From assembly GCA_963675525.2 (NCBI GenBank), contig CAXXSL010000013.1:32001-96000 (forward strand): a DNA stretch of 64,000 nucleotides, given 5' to 3'. Of this stretch, positions 9,500 through 19,101 are shown piece after piece; position 1 is the stretch's first letter; the number at the start of each line of letters is the position of its first letter. The notes under the pieces were generated by a model, which had not been told where the DNA came from, did not search any database, and saw only the letters and a list, made by a program, of their open reading frames with translations. Origin of the DNA: Anaerohalosphaeraceae bacterium. GTDB lineage: Bacteria > Planctomycetota > Phycisphaerae > Sedimentisphaerales > Anaerohalosphaeraceae. A program made the position numbers and the translations under genes.

Positions 9500-10636
9500 C
9501 TATCCGATAATGATCGGCTCTTCTTCGAGTTCTTTGTGACGGACCCTGTATTCCTGCTGAGCGGCCACATAAGTCTCCATGAGTTTATCGACCATGCGGC
9601 TGACGCTGTTGTGCTGGCGCAGGTGCTTTTGGCCATTCATGGCCAGTTGGCGTGTTTCGGCCCTTTGGCCCAGCAGTTTTTTCAGACAGCCGTATATGCT
9701 GAGTTCATCCGCTCCATCCCAGAGTGCCGCGGTCTGGCCATCATAGACAAGACCACTTGACTTTTCGGCACAACCGGCCACCGCCAGCCCAACCCCCATC
9801 GCCTCCAGCAAACGCCCGTCAAATTGACCGGTGTTCTCCAAATGCAGGTAAATATCCGCACCGGCCAAGATAGCCCGCATGGGGCCCATCGGCGGAACAA
9901 TTGTGACGACAGAGGTCAACCCCAACTCACGGATTCGCCGACGAATATTTTTTTCTTTCCGTCCTTTTCCCATAATCGCCAGCATCAGTTCAAACCCATC
10001 CAGTACCAAGTGGCGAGCGGCCCCCAGCAGCGGTTCAAATACCGCCACATGATCCAGCGAATGAATCGCGATCAGACTGGGAATCCGGCCGGGTACCGAA
10101 AAACACCGGCACGAATCCTCCAGGAAAGTCCCGACATGAATCCGTTCAATGCATTCGCTTAATTTTGGAAAGTCCGCACACAACCGGTCAGCGATCGCCT
10201 CGGAAGGCGCGATGATCCTGGAAACGTTTCGAATCGATTTGTCCAGCTGCAGCCAGCGCGACCCATGACGATGAAAAGTCAGAACGTAAGGAATTTGAAG
10301 CTGCTGCGAAAGCCAATCCGCTAAATGAATCTGTCCGGGATAAAAGGCATGCAGGATGGTGGGTTTAAAACGGCTCAGCCGTTCCAGCAGGATCCGGCGG
10401 TTCTGATACCGGAAGATCGGCAGCCGCAGCGCCGGATGCTCAACCCGCTCAACCGCCGGACAGAGCATCGTCTCGGCATTGATACAGGCAGGACAAACCA
10501 GAACCGAAGCATGGGCTGTGCCGCTAAGACCAACCAGAATGCGCCGGATATAAGACGCATAAGACTGATAGGTTCCGCGGTCAACAAGAAAAACCGGCCT
10601 GATCGTTTCTGGGGTTCCATTGTGTCCGTGCGGCAT
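9500..10636 (-). CDS. GT-B glycosyltransferase family 4-like protein (degenerate motifs)
   Basis: PTILHA, IPYVLTFH, IIAPSEAI, ADIYL, LLEAMGVGLAV. Confidence 0.8.
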   Translation of the reverse strand: MPHGHNGTPETIRPVFLVDRGTYQSYASYIRRILVGLSGTAHASVLVCPACINAETMLCPAVERVEHPALRLPIFRYQNRRILLERLSRFKPTILHAFYPGQIHLADWLSQQLQIPYVLTFHRHGSRWLQLDKSIRNVSRIIAPSEAIADRLCADFPKLSECIERIHVGTFLEDSCRCFSVPGRIPSLIAIHSLDHVAVFEPLLGAARHLVLDGFELMLAIMGKGRKEKNIRRRIRELGLTSVVTIVPPMGPMRAILAGADIYLHLENTGQFDGRLLEAMGVGLAVAGCAEKSSGLVYDGQTAALWDGADELSIYGCLKKLLGQRAETRQLAMNGQKHLRQHNSVSRMVDKLMETYVAAQQEYRVRHKELEEEPIIIG

Positions 10637-10659
10637 GGTTTATCTAACCCTCAATAGAC

Positions 10660-11514
10660 TCATGAAAGATTGTTCAGTATCTTCTGGAGTTTTTCCATTT
10701 GCCCGGCCTTGATATGGTAGCAATGGTCATCATCGGGAAAAGCCCCCTCTCGAATCTGACCCGCATAATCTTTAAGGGTACCGATCATGAGATCCCCCAA
10801 GCCTGCAAAGTTTTTGGAGAATTTCGGTTTGGGACCCGCGTTCAATCCAAGAATGTCCGAGATGATCAGAATCTGCCCGTCACAGTCCGGACCCGACCCG
10901 CAACTGATCACCGGAACCGGGCTGGTTTCGGTCACAATTTTTGAGACTTCCCGGGCGGTCCCCTCCAACAGCAGGGAGCTTGCCCCGGCGGCCACCATTT
11001 TTTTCGACAGTTCGATCAATTCCAGCGCCAGCTCCGCAGTGGTACCCTCTGCCTTCAGTTTCCCGATCTTGGTGATCCGCTGGGGCCGAATGCCGATATG
11101 GGCCATGACCGCCATCCCCGCGTCACTGACTGCCTTGATCACGTCCAGATGAGCGGCCGTCACTTCGATCTTAACGATCTGGGTGCCGGTTTCCTGAAAG
11201 AAACGCCCTGCATTTCGCACTGCATCGGCGATACTGGTCTGATACGATAAAAACGGCATATCGGCCACCAGGCACACATTTTCAGCGGCTCTGCGAACCG
11301 CCGCGGTGATGGCCACCATGAAATCCATTGTTACCGGCAGCGTTGTATCATAGCCCAGCATGACCTGGGCGGCAGAATCTCCCACCAGAATCATGTCTAC
11401 ATCTGACTGACTAACCAGTTTGGCGGTAGTATAATCGTAGCAACTAACCGCCACAATTTTACGGCCGGCCTGTTTGGCCTCCAGCAGATCCGATATCGTA
11501 ACTTTATTGTTCAT
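10660..11514 (-). CDS. panB: 3-methyl-2-oxobutanoate hydroxymethyltransferase
   Basis: CYDY, ILVGDSAAQVMLGYDTT, ADMPFLSY, MAHIGIRPQ, CDGQIL; start at MNNKVT. Confidence 0.96.
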   Translation of the reverse strand: MNNKVTISDLLEAKQAGRKIVAVSCYDYTTAKLVSQSDVDMILVGDSAAQVMLGYDTTLPVTMDFMVAITAAVRRAAENVCLVADMPFLSYQTSIADAVRNAGRFFQETGTQIVKIEVTAAHLDVIKAVSDAGMAVMAHIGIRPQRITKIGKLKAEGTTAELALELIELSKKMVAAGASSLLLEGTAREVSKIVTETSPVPVISCGSGPDCDGQILIISDILGLNAGPKPKFSKNFAGLGDLMIGTLKDYAGQIREGAFPDDDHCYHIKAGQMEKLQKILNNLS

Positions 11515-11860
11515 AAGCAGTTTCTCGAAACAAAGATGCGCATAGTATACCGAAGTCTCTAATTTCATTGCAAGGGCTTTTTTTGTGACCGATAATACAA
11601 GCCTTTCTGTGTCTAAAATTAATTCTTTATGGAATATCTCCCTTACACCCAAGTTTTTGTATTTTTCTTAAAGAATCTATCTCCGAATTCTCGATATAGA
11701 GTGTGGTAAAGATATTATAATAGATTTATATAACAAGCTTTTCATCACCCTCCTCCGAAGCCAGGTTCTATCATGGAATCTGGCTTTTTTAGTTTCTTCA
11801 TCAAGACAGTCCCTTTTTTCTCCGATATAAATTCGGAACAATAAACCGTTAAATATTGTT

Positions 11861-12628
11861 ATGGGACGCACAATGGGATCAGCCAACACAGAAACGAACA
11901 TCCTTGACAACACCGACGAGCAAAAACTCATCGCCCAACTGCCGGCAGAATTACAGTCGTTCTGCGCCTCCGGCAAATCCGTGACGGAACTGGCTCACCT
12001 GGTTAAAAATATCATCCAGATGGTTTCCGGATCGGTCGAAATTCTCGAATTGGGACTGGAGCGAAAACAATACGACCGAGTCCGGCGAAGCTGGGATATT
12101 TTCGAGCCTAATTTTATCCGTCTGAAAAAATTCGTCATGGACCTGATCAAATATACCAAGCAGTACCCCCTCCAGTTGACCAACTGTGATTTTAATGACA
12201 TCGTCCAAAGAGGGATTCATTCCTGTGAGCATTTACTGAAAAACAAACACGTCAAACTACAGTTGCGGCAGGATAAGACCATTCCGGTCGCGCAATTTGA
12301 CGCGGATCGCCTTGAAGAAATGGTTGGAAATCTTGTGACCCATGCACTGGATAATCTCAAGGATCAGATGGGTGAAATTGCTATCCAGACTCACTATTTA
12401 CCGGAAAATCATCAAATTCAACTGATGGTCGGCGACGATGGCCCCCTGCTTTCCAAAGAAAACAGGCAGCAATTAATGGAGCCGTTTGAACGCACCCGGA
12501 ATATGTGCGGAACAGGCTTTGACATTCCCCTGGCCAAACTATATGTCGAGCAGCACAATGGATACATGGAGATCGACGCCGATAAGAGTCTGGGTAACCA
12601 CGTCTGCGTCTATCTGCCTGTAAAGTAA
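11861..12628 (+). CDS. Sensor-less histidine-kinase-like protein (HisKA + degenerate HATPase)
   Basis: H-box ELAHLVKNI; N-box NLVTHALD, G1 DDGP, F-box EPF, G2 GTGFDI. Confidence 0.8.
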   Translation: MGRTMGSANTETNILDNTDEQKLIAQLPAELQSFCASGKSVTELAHLVKNIIQMVSGSVEILELGLERKQYDRVRRSWDIFEPNFIRLKKFVMDLIKYTKQYPLQLTNCDFNDIVQRGIHSCEHLLKNKHVKLQLRQDKTIPVAQFDADRLEEMVGNLVTHALDNLKDQMGEIAIQTHYLPENHQIQLMVGDDGPLLSKENRQQLMEPFERTRNMCGTGFDIPLAKLYVEQHNGYMEIDADKSLGNHVCVYLPVK

Positions 12629-12703
12629 TCACTCTCAAAATCGGCATCCTTTTTTAGACTTGATTCTTATTGCTGAATGCTTTTTAATCATTCGTAATCA
12701 GCG

Positions 12704-13087
12704 ATGTCAAGCGAACCCCAAAAAACCGATTTTTTCGTTCGTCTTTACCGCGCCCTTGGGCCGGTGGCCGGAGGTCTTTTGCTGGATTTTGCAGACCTGG
12801 CAACATTCGGTCCAACAGGACTCTTTCTGGGTCCTTTTATCGGGATGGCCATCGCGTTTTGGATCTGTTCGATCTACCGTTTTTCATTCCGGACAAAAGT
12901 AATACTCTCATTGCTGGCCGGACTTTATTGCGGGATACCCATGACCGGACTGTTTCCACTGGCAACGCTTATTACCGCAGCCTGTCGTTTTTTTGAATCT
13001 CCTCCGGAACCGCCTTCTTCTACAACCGGACAACATCGGAAACAAGTCGATTCAAAAATTATCGAAAACGACGACGACACTGTCTAA
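12704..13087 (+). CDS. Hypothetical membrane protein
   Basis: Two to three hydrophobic segments, LLDFADLATFGP motif, IPMTGLFPLATL. Confidence 0.65.
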   Translation: MSSEPQKTDFFVRLYRALGPVAGGLLLDFADLATFGPTGLFLGPFIGMAIAFWICSIYRFSFRTKVILSLLAGLYCGIPMTGLFPLATLITAACRFFESPPEPPSSTTGQHRKQVDSKIIENDDDTV

Positions 13088-13167
13088 TTAAGACCGTTCA
13101 TATCTTGAAGATTTTTGGGACATTCACACGCAATTTTCCGGGAAACCAGGCATGGAAAGGAATATTC

Positions 13168-13196
13168 TTGACCTCGCGATGAGATTTTGTAGAATT
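13168..13196 (+). promoter_or_regulatory. Sigma70-like promoter of the carbohydrate operon
   Basis: TTGACC-N16-TAGAAT upstream of the GH50 gene. Confidence 0.45.
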
Positions 13197-13230
13197 GCCG
13201 AGCCGACGTGTTAAGAAATATTTCGTGTTT

Positions 13231-13244
13231 TTTAACCGTTTAAA
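13231..13244. promoter_or_regulatory. LacI-type operator-like palindrome TTTAACCGTTTAAA
   Basis: Near-perfect palindrome with AAnCGnTT core, downstream of the putative promoter. Confidence 0.35.
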
Positions 13245-13412
13245 TGGTAAATGTCTTGCCAGTAACACTGCAATTCGTCAATAACCTGTTTATTTCTTGC
13301 ACGATGTTAATAACATGGACTAGTTGGTCTAAACTATAGATAAAATGACTATAATTATATGGGCTTAGTCGCAACAATTTCTGACACCAATCAAAACATG
13401 AAAGAACAACTT

Positions 13413-15506
13413 ATGATGGGAAGAAACCTCAAAATATCAATAAGCGTGCTATTAATGATCGGGCTAACAAGCTGTAACGCAGCGAAAAAGCAGAACACAT
13501 CACAACAATGGCAGCAAAATCTCACGAGCGTGATTCCCTACAAGATTCATGAGACGCATGGCATTTCCGTTCAATCCGTCGAAGACCATCACATTCTGCA
13601 GGGTAAAGACGGCTTTAAGCTTGTTCTTGTGCCCGAGCAGGACGACGTCTGGAATATGGAATCGGTCAGCGTTCTGGGCCTGATGCTCAAGAACACCGGC
13701 CGGACAGAAATGATTCTGGATATGACGCTGTGCAATGATGGGGCGACCGGATGGTCCAATTCGTCGCTTGGCCGTACAGTTGTAAAAACCGGGGAGGAAC
13801 TTCCCTTGGCTGTGGCGCTTGCTCGGCGAGCCATAAACTGGGAACCCCACCCTGCCTACTTGAGAATGTCCGGTCTGCCAAACGGCCATTTCAGCCATTG
13901 GCACACAATCGATCCGGCGAACGTGAAAAATCTTGTCATTACGTGCAATCAAAAAGGTGATCATGCTTTTGAATTGGCACAGATGTTCCCCCTGCAAAAA
14001 ATGGACGAAACCCGCATGGACGACTTTCCGTTCATTGATAAATACGGACAGTATATTCTTAAGGAATGGCCGGGAAAGGTTCACTCGGACAAGGACTTCA
14101 AGAAAAGCATCGCTACCGAGAAAAAGCTGGAAAAAGAACTCGCCAGCCAAGTTGGTTTTAGCCGGTACGGAGGATGGAAAGACGGGCCTAAATTCGAAGC
14201 AACGGGCCGTTTCCGTACGATAGAGTATGAAGGAAGGTGGTGGTTTGTCGATCCCGATGGCTATCTGTTCTGGTCTCATGGAGTAACCTGTGTTGGGATT
14301 GGCTTTGCGGCTCAAACACCCACTGAAAGAGATCCTCGAGTTTTTCAGGATCTTCCAGCCGAGGATGATAAAGAGTTTGGCCAGTTTCATTCCAAGCGGG
14401 ATGTCGAGCATTATTACGCGCTTCTGGAAGATGTTCCGCATTATGAATTTACACAGTCCAATCTGTATCGAAAATATGGTAAGGACTGGCGGAGAAAATT
14501 TGTTGAGCAGGACATCAAACGCCTGAAGTATTGTCATCTCAATACGATCGGTGCCTGGTCGGACGATGAGATCCTTGCACAGAAACAAATACCTTACACC
14601 GCAATGATTCATTATGAATATGCTTTCGCCGCACAAAAACTCCCCGATCCTTTTGACCCTGAGACCCGTGCGGGCTTACGCAAGTCCATTCGTGAATATC
14701 CGGTGAACTTAAAAAATGACCCCTGGTGTATCGGGGCCTTTGTGAATAATGAACTGCATTGGAACAATAATGCTTATGGTTTGACGATCGACATCCTAAG
14801 CTATGACCAAAGAAACGCAAAGATAAAGAAAGAGACGACAGAGGTTAAAAAGGTTTTCCGGAATTGGCTGAAGGATAAATACACCACCCTAGAGGCATTC
14901 AATGAAGCTTGGAAGACACAGTTTTCCGATTGGGATGACTTCCTTAAAGTGACTGATTCATCTGTTTTTAGAAATGCCAATGGAGACGATTGCTCTGAAT
15001 TAATCACACTTTTCGCTGATGCGTTTTTTAAGATGGTCCGAGAAGAATTAGACAGCTATTCTCCGGGAGTGCTTTATCTGGGGTGTCGTTTCAACAAGGG
15101 GCCGACTGAAGTGCACAGGACAGCGGCGAAGTACGTGGATGTGATGAGTACGAATTGGTACTCGTACTCCCCTTACATAGGACGCTACGGGTCTTTCGAT
15201 AAGCCGGTTCTAATCAGCGAATATCACTTCGTTAATACTTCCGGCAGCAATCTTGGCGGAGGACTCAGAAGCGCTCAGGATGCCGTTCAACAGGGACGCC
15301 TGTATAAAGCATATGTTAAAGAGGCAGTGAATCACCCGAAAATCATTGGCGTCCACTGGTTCGAGTGGCGCGACCAAAATGTGGGAGGCCGTTATGACGG
15401 CGAAAACTATGATGTAGGTTTCTTTGATGTAGCCGATATGCCCAATGAGGAGCTAATCCGGGCCGCGGCAGAAAGCGGACGCAACCTTTACGATTGCATC
15501 AAATAA
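13413..15506 (+). CDS. GH50 (beta-agarase-like) glycoside hydrolase, lipoprotein
   Basis: FIDKYGQ..WPGKV, GRWWFVDPDGYLFWSHG, NTIGAWS, FVNNEL (acid/base), ISEYHF (nucleophile), GVHWFEWRDQ..GGRYDGENYDVGF; lipobox LTSC; start 13359-13413 uncertain. Confidence 0.88.
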   Translation: MMGRNLKISISVLLMIGLTSCNAAKKQNTSQQWQQNLTSVIPYKIHETHGISVQSVEDHHILQGKDGFKLVLVPEQDDVWNMESVSVLGLMLKNTGRTEMILDMTLCNDGATGWSNSSLGRTVVKTGEELPLAVALARRAINWEPHPAYLRMSGLPNGHFSHWHTIDPANVKNLVITCNQKGDHAFELAQMFPLQKMDETRMDDFPFIDKYGQYILKEWPGKVHSDKDFKKSIATEKKLEKELASQVGFSRYGGWKDGPKFEATGRFRTIEYEGRWWFVDPDGYLFWSHGVTCVGIGFAAQTPTERDPRVFQDLPAEDDKEFGQFHSKRDVEHYYALLEDVPHYEFTQSNLYRKYGKDWRRKFVEQDIKRLKYCHLNTIGAWSDDEILAQKQIPYTAMIHYEYAFAAQKLPDPFDPETRAGLRKSIREYPVNLKNDPWCIGAFVNNELHWNNNAYGLTIDILSYDQRNAKIKKETTEVKKVFRNWLKDKYTTLEAFNEAWKTQFSDWDDFLKVTDSSVFRNANGDDCSELITLFADAFFKMVREELDSYSPGVLYLGCRFNKGPTEVHRTAAKYVDVMSTNWYSYSPYIGRYGSFDKPVLISEYHFVNTSGSNLGGGLRSAQDAVQQGRLYKAYVKEAVNHPKIIGVHWFEWRDQNVGGRYDGENYDVGFFDVADMPNEELIRAAAESGRNLYDCIK

Positions 15507-15519
15507 CCAAGGAGGCACT

Positions 15520-17070
15520 ATGAGTGAAAAGAATGAAACGCCGCAAGAGAACAAGGATACTTCGAGCGGGAAACTGAGCTTCAAGGAAAAGTTTTCGGTG
15601 GGCACCGGCGGTCTGACCGTTTCTCTCGGCAACCAGAGTGTCCGTACAACCGGTCAGGGCGTGCTCAATATGATTTTGGGAATCCCCTCCCAGTGGGTGG
15701 GTATTGTACTGGCCATTCCGCTGTTGTGGGATGCGATTACCGACCCGATCATGGGCAACTTCTCCGACAACTTTCGGTCAAGATTTGGCCGCCGTCGCCC
15801 TTTTATCCTGATAGGGGCGATCCTGATGGGCATTACTTTTGCCAGCATCTGGATGATTCCTCTTGAGTGGAGCGATGCGGGCCAGTTGACTTGGTTCCTC
15901 GTCACCAGCCTGCTTTTCTATACAGCCTACACCATCTTTTCGGTGCCGTACATCGGCCTGACCTATGAAATGACGCCGGATTATGATGAACGCACCTCCG
16001 TGCAGGGCTATGTGACTTTCTGGAACCGCCTTGGGGAAATGACCTATATGGGGCTGATTCCGCTTTCCGCCATCTTCATCTCCTGGAAGTATGGTTATAC
16101 AGACACCCGCAATCTGACAACACCGGAACAAATGGAGGGCATCCGAATTGCCGCGGCCGTCTACGGCGGGTTAGGCATGACGCTGTTTGGTCTTCTCCCG
16201 GCCTTCTTTGCCAGGGAGCGCAACTATGAGCTCAATATCAAGGAGCACCATGGCGCACGGGATTCGTTCTGGAAATCGGCGAAGCTGGCCCTGCAGAACC
16301 CGGCCTTTGTTATCCTGTGTACGCTGGCCGTGTTCACCATTGTGGCCGGCATGTTTGCCAGTAACATGGATTGGTATCTGCTCATCTACTATCTGTCGAA
16401 TGGCGACGTTGCGCTTGGAACCCAATGGAAACTGATTGTCACCGTCGGCTATGCCACGGTCGGCATACTCGGCATTCCGCTCATTGTCTGGATTACCGGG
16501 AAAATGACCAAGATCCACGGGTTCATGTTTATCTATGGTATGATGATCCTGAATGCAATCATACGCTGGTTCGTCTATCAGCCCGGCCGTTTCGACACCG
16601 TCCTTACCTGGAAAAACTTTCCTGAAATCGGAATGTCCCTTGCCGCCATTGTCAAATCCCTTATCTGGCTGGATCCGCTAACCGGCGGATTGTTCTGGAT
16701 CGGTGTGGGTGTGTTGGGACAGTCGTTGATCGCCGATGTATGCGACGATGACGAACTCAAGAACGGCCACCGACGCGAAGGGATGTTTGGAGCGATCTAT
16801 GGTTGGTCAATGAAGGCATCCTTTGCCGTCAGCTTTGTACTAATCGGCTTCTTCCTGAAATGGATCGGATTCGATCCCGGTACCGAATCGCAAACTCCGG
16901 GAACCTATCTGAGCATGCGTCTGGCCATGTGCATCGGCGCCGCCGGCCCGGCTCTGCTTTGTTTTGTTCTTCTGGGCTTCTATCCACTCACCAAGGTAAA
17001 AACCGAGGAAAACCGCAAGAAACTCGAGGAAACACGCGGGGAGAATCTTGACATCGCGACGGGATATTAA
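15520..17070 (+). CDS. MFS glycoside-pentoside-hexuronide (MelB-like) cation symporter
   Basis: WDAITDPIMGNFSDNFRSRFGRRRPF, VPY..L.YEMTPDYDERT, ADVCDDDELKNGHRREGMFGA. Confidence 0.93.
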   Translation: MSEKNETPQENKDTSSGKLSFKEKFSVGTGGLTVSLGNQSVRTTGQGVLNMILGIPSQWVGIVLAIPLLWDAITDPIMGNFSDNFRSRFGRRRPFILIGAILMGITFASIWMIPLEWSDAGQLTWFLVTSLLFYTAYTIFSVPYIGLTYEMTPDYDERTSVQGYVTFWNRLGEMTYMGLIPLSAIFISWKYGYTDTRNLTTPEQMEGIRIAAAVYGGLGMTLFGLLPAFFARERNYELNIKEHHGARDSFWKSAKLALQNPAFVILCTLAVFTIVAGMFASNMDWYLLIYYLSNGDVALGTQWKLIVTVGYATVGILGIPLIVWITGKMTKIHGFMFIYGMMILNAIIRWFVYQPGRFDTVLTWKNFPEIGMSLAAIVKSLIWLDPLTGGLFWIGVGVLGQSLIADVCDDDELKNGHRREGMFGAIYGWSMKASFAVSFVLIGFFLKWIGFDPGTESQTPGTYLSMRLAMCIGAAGPALLCFVLLGFYPLTKVKTEENRKKLEETRGENLDIATGY

Positions 17071-17071
17071 G

Positions 17072-19087
17072 ATGAAAAAGTTTGTACTCCCAAAAATCTA
17101 TTTCGGTGGCGATTACACGCCCGAGCACTTCCCCAAAGAGGTCATGGAAGAAGACATGCGGCTGATGAAAAAAGCCGGCGTCAACATTGCCACCATTAAC
17201 GTCTTTACCTGGGCTCAACTGCAGCCAAATGAAGATACGTGGACTTTTGAGTGGCTTGATGAGGTTATGGACACCCTGACAAAAAACGGTATTTCCGCCG
17301 ACCTCGGAACCGCCACCGCCTCAACGCCGGCGTGGATGGCTAAAAAATACCCGGAAATTTTACCCATTGACGAAAAGGGCCTGCCCTTCCATCATGGGTC
17401 ACGTCAGACATTCAACCCCAACAGTCCGGTGTATAGAATGCTAAGCAAACAGTTGGTTCGCAAGATCGCCGAACGTTATAAAAATCATCCCGCGTTATGC
17501 ATGTGGCACGTTAATAACGAATTATCACAACTGCTTAACTATGATTACAGCGATATTACAAAAGAGAAATTTCAAAACTGGTGCAAAGAAAAATACGGTC
17601 GGTGCGAAAATCTGAATAAAAAGCTGGGTTTGCATTTCTGGGCCAACAATGTTTACGAGTGGGATGAATTAATGCCTCCCATGAGAACATGCCACCAGGT
17701 CAGCACCAGCCTATTACTCGAATGGAAACGTTTTACGAATGAATGCTACATGGAAGTTGCCCAATATGAAATCGACATCCTGCGTGAAATCACGCCTGAT
17801 ATACCGATCACTACAAACTTCCTTTACGAGTTTAAAACACTGGACTACTTTGCCTGGGCGGATATGATTGACTTCATATCCGTCAGCTCCTTCCCGGACC
17901 CCAAAACCAACAATCCTCCGGGCGAAGCGGCACTGAGCCACTCCATCATGCGCGGCCTGAAAGATCAACCCTTCGTTCTGCTTGAGCAGGCCCCCAGCCA
18001 GGTGAACTGGCGGCTGGCCAATGTGAATAAAAAGCCCGGCGTGATGCGGCTTTGGAGCCACCAGGGCATGGCCCATGGTTCGGACAGTTTCCTGTTCTTC
18101 CAGTGGCGAGCGTCTGTGCACGGCTCTGAAAAGTTCCACTCCGCCATGGTGCCGCACATCGGCGAAAACTCCCGCGTCTTCAGAGAAATGACCGAATTGG
18201 GAAATGAACTGCCCAACCTCAAAGAGATCGTCGGCAGTGACGTGCAGGCTGATGTCGCAATCGTATTAGACTACAACAACTGGTGGACGGTGGAATTTAC
18301 GCCCGGTCCCACAGCACTGCTGAAGTACCTGGAAAACCTGCAGGCTTACTACTATCCATTGCACGAGCAGAATATTACGGCAGACATCGTCCCGTATGAC
18401 AGAGACCTGAGTAAATACAAAGTCGTCATCGCCCCGCTTCTGTACATGGTGAAGCCGGGCTTTAAAGAATCGGTTGAGAAATTTGTGTCCGAAGGCGGCA
18501 CATTCATTACCACTTTCTTCAGTGGTGTCGTCAACGAGTACGACGAAGTGTTCCAAGGGGGGTATCCGGGACCACTCAGTGATGTCATGGGTCTGAAGGT
18601 CGAGGAATTCGAAGCCATGAAACCCTACATTAACAACAGCCTCGTGATGAACGGCACCCTGCCTAACGTTTCAGGCCAGTTCCAGTCAAAACTCTGGTGC
18701 GATATCCTGCAACTGGGCACGGCACAGTCTCTTGCGGAATACGGAGATGATTTCTTCAAAGGCACCTCTGCCCTGACGGTTAATAAGTTTGGAAAAGGCA
18801 AAGCTTATTACGTTGCCACCCTGCCCGATAATGGATTCATGCGGCAATTCCTCCGGCAGGTTTGTGCCGACCAGGGAATAAAACCTGTGCTTGAAGCACC
18901 GGAAAGAGTCGAGGCCGTAATTCGTTCCAACGAAAATAACAAATACCTCTTCGTCATGAATCACAACTATGAGCCCGTAGAAGTGACACTGCCTGAGGGC
19001 AACCATTTCAATCTGCTGACACAGCAGAAAATGGAAGGCACGATCAAAATTGATGCGGTACAATCGCTTATTTTAAGAAAAGGATAA
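17072..19087 (+). CDS. GH42 beta-galactosidase (cytoplasmic)
   Basis: FGGDYTPEH, VFTWAQLQP, WHVNNE, LLEQAPSQVNW, FFQWR...GSEKFHSAM; no signal peptide. Confidence 0.93.
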   Translation: MKKFVLPKIYFGGDYTPEHFPKEVMEEDMRLMKKAGVNIATINVFTWAQLQPNEDTWTFEWLDEVMDTLTKNGISADLGTATASTPAWMAKKYPEILPIDEKGLPFHHGSRQTFNPNSPVYRMLSKQLVRKIAERYKNHPALCMWHVNNELSQLLNYDYSDITKEKFQNWCKEKYGRCENLNKKLGLHFWANNVYEWDELMPPMRTCHQVSTSLLLEWKRFTNECYMEVAQYEIDILREITPDIPITTNFLYEFKTLDYFAWADMIDFISVSSFPDPKTNNPPGEAALSHSIMRGLKDQPFVLLEQAPSQVNWRLANVNKKPGVMRLWSHQGMAHGSDSFLFFQWRASVHGSEKFHSAMVPHIGENSRVFREMTELGNELPNLKEIVGSDVQADVAIVLDYNNWWTVEFTPGPTALLKYLENLQAYYYPLHEQNITADIVPYDRDLSKYKVVIAPLLYMVKPGFKESVEKFVSEGGTFITTFFSGVVNEYDEVFQGGYPGPLSDVMGLKVEEFEAMKPYINNSLVMNGTLPNVSGQFQSKLWCDILQLGTAQSLAEYGDDFFKGTSALTVNKFGKGKAYYVATLPDNGFMRQFLRQVCADQGIKPVLEAPERVEAVIRSNENNKYLFVMNHNYEPVEVTLPEGNHFNLLTQQKMEGTIKIDAVQSLILRKG

Positions 19088-19101
19088 ATAGGGAACTGAA
19101 T

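Noticed and set aside
13088..13360. Possible att site duplicating the tRNA-Arg 3' end
   Set aside because: No copy of tacgcccgccgtgattcgaa was found here and there is no integrase in the window
13500..14636. 378 aa antisense ORF
   Set aside because: Shadow of the GH50 gene; no motifs or ribosome-binding site
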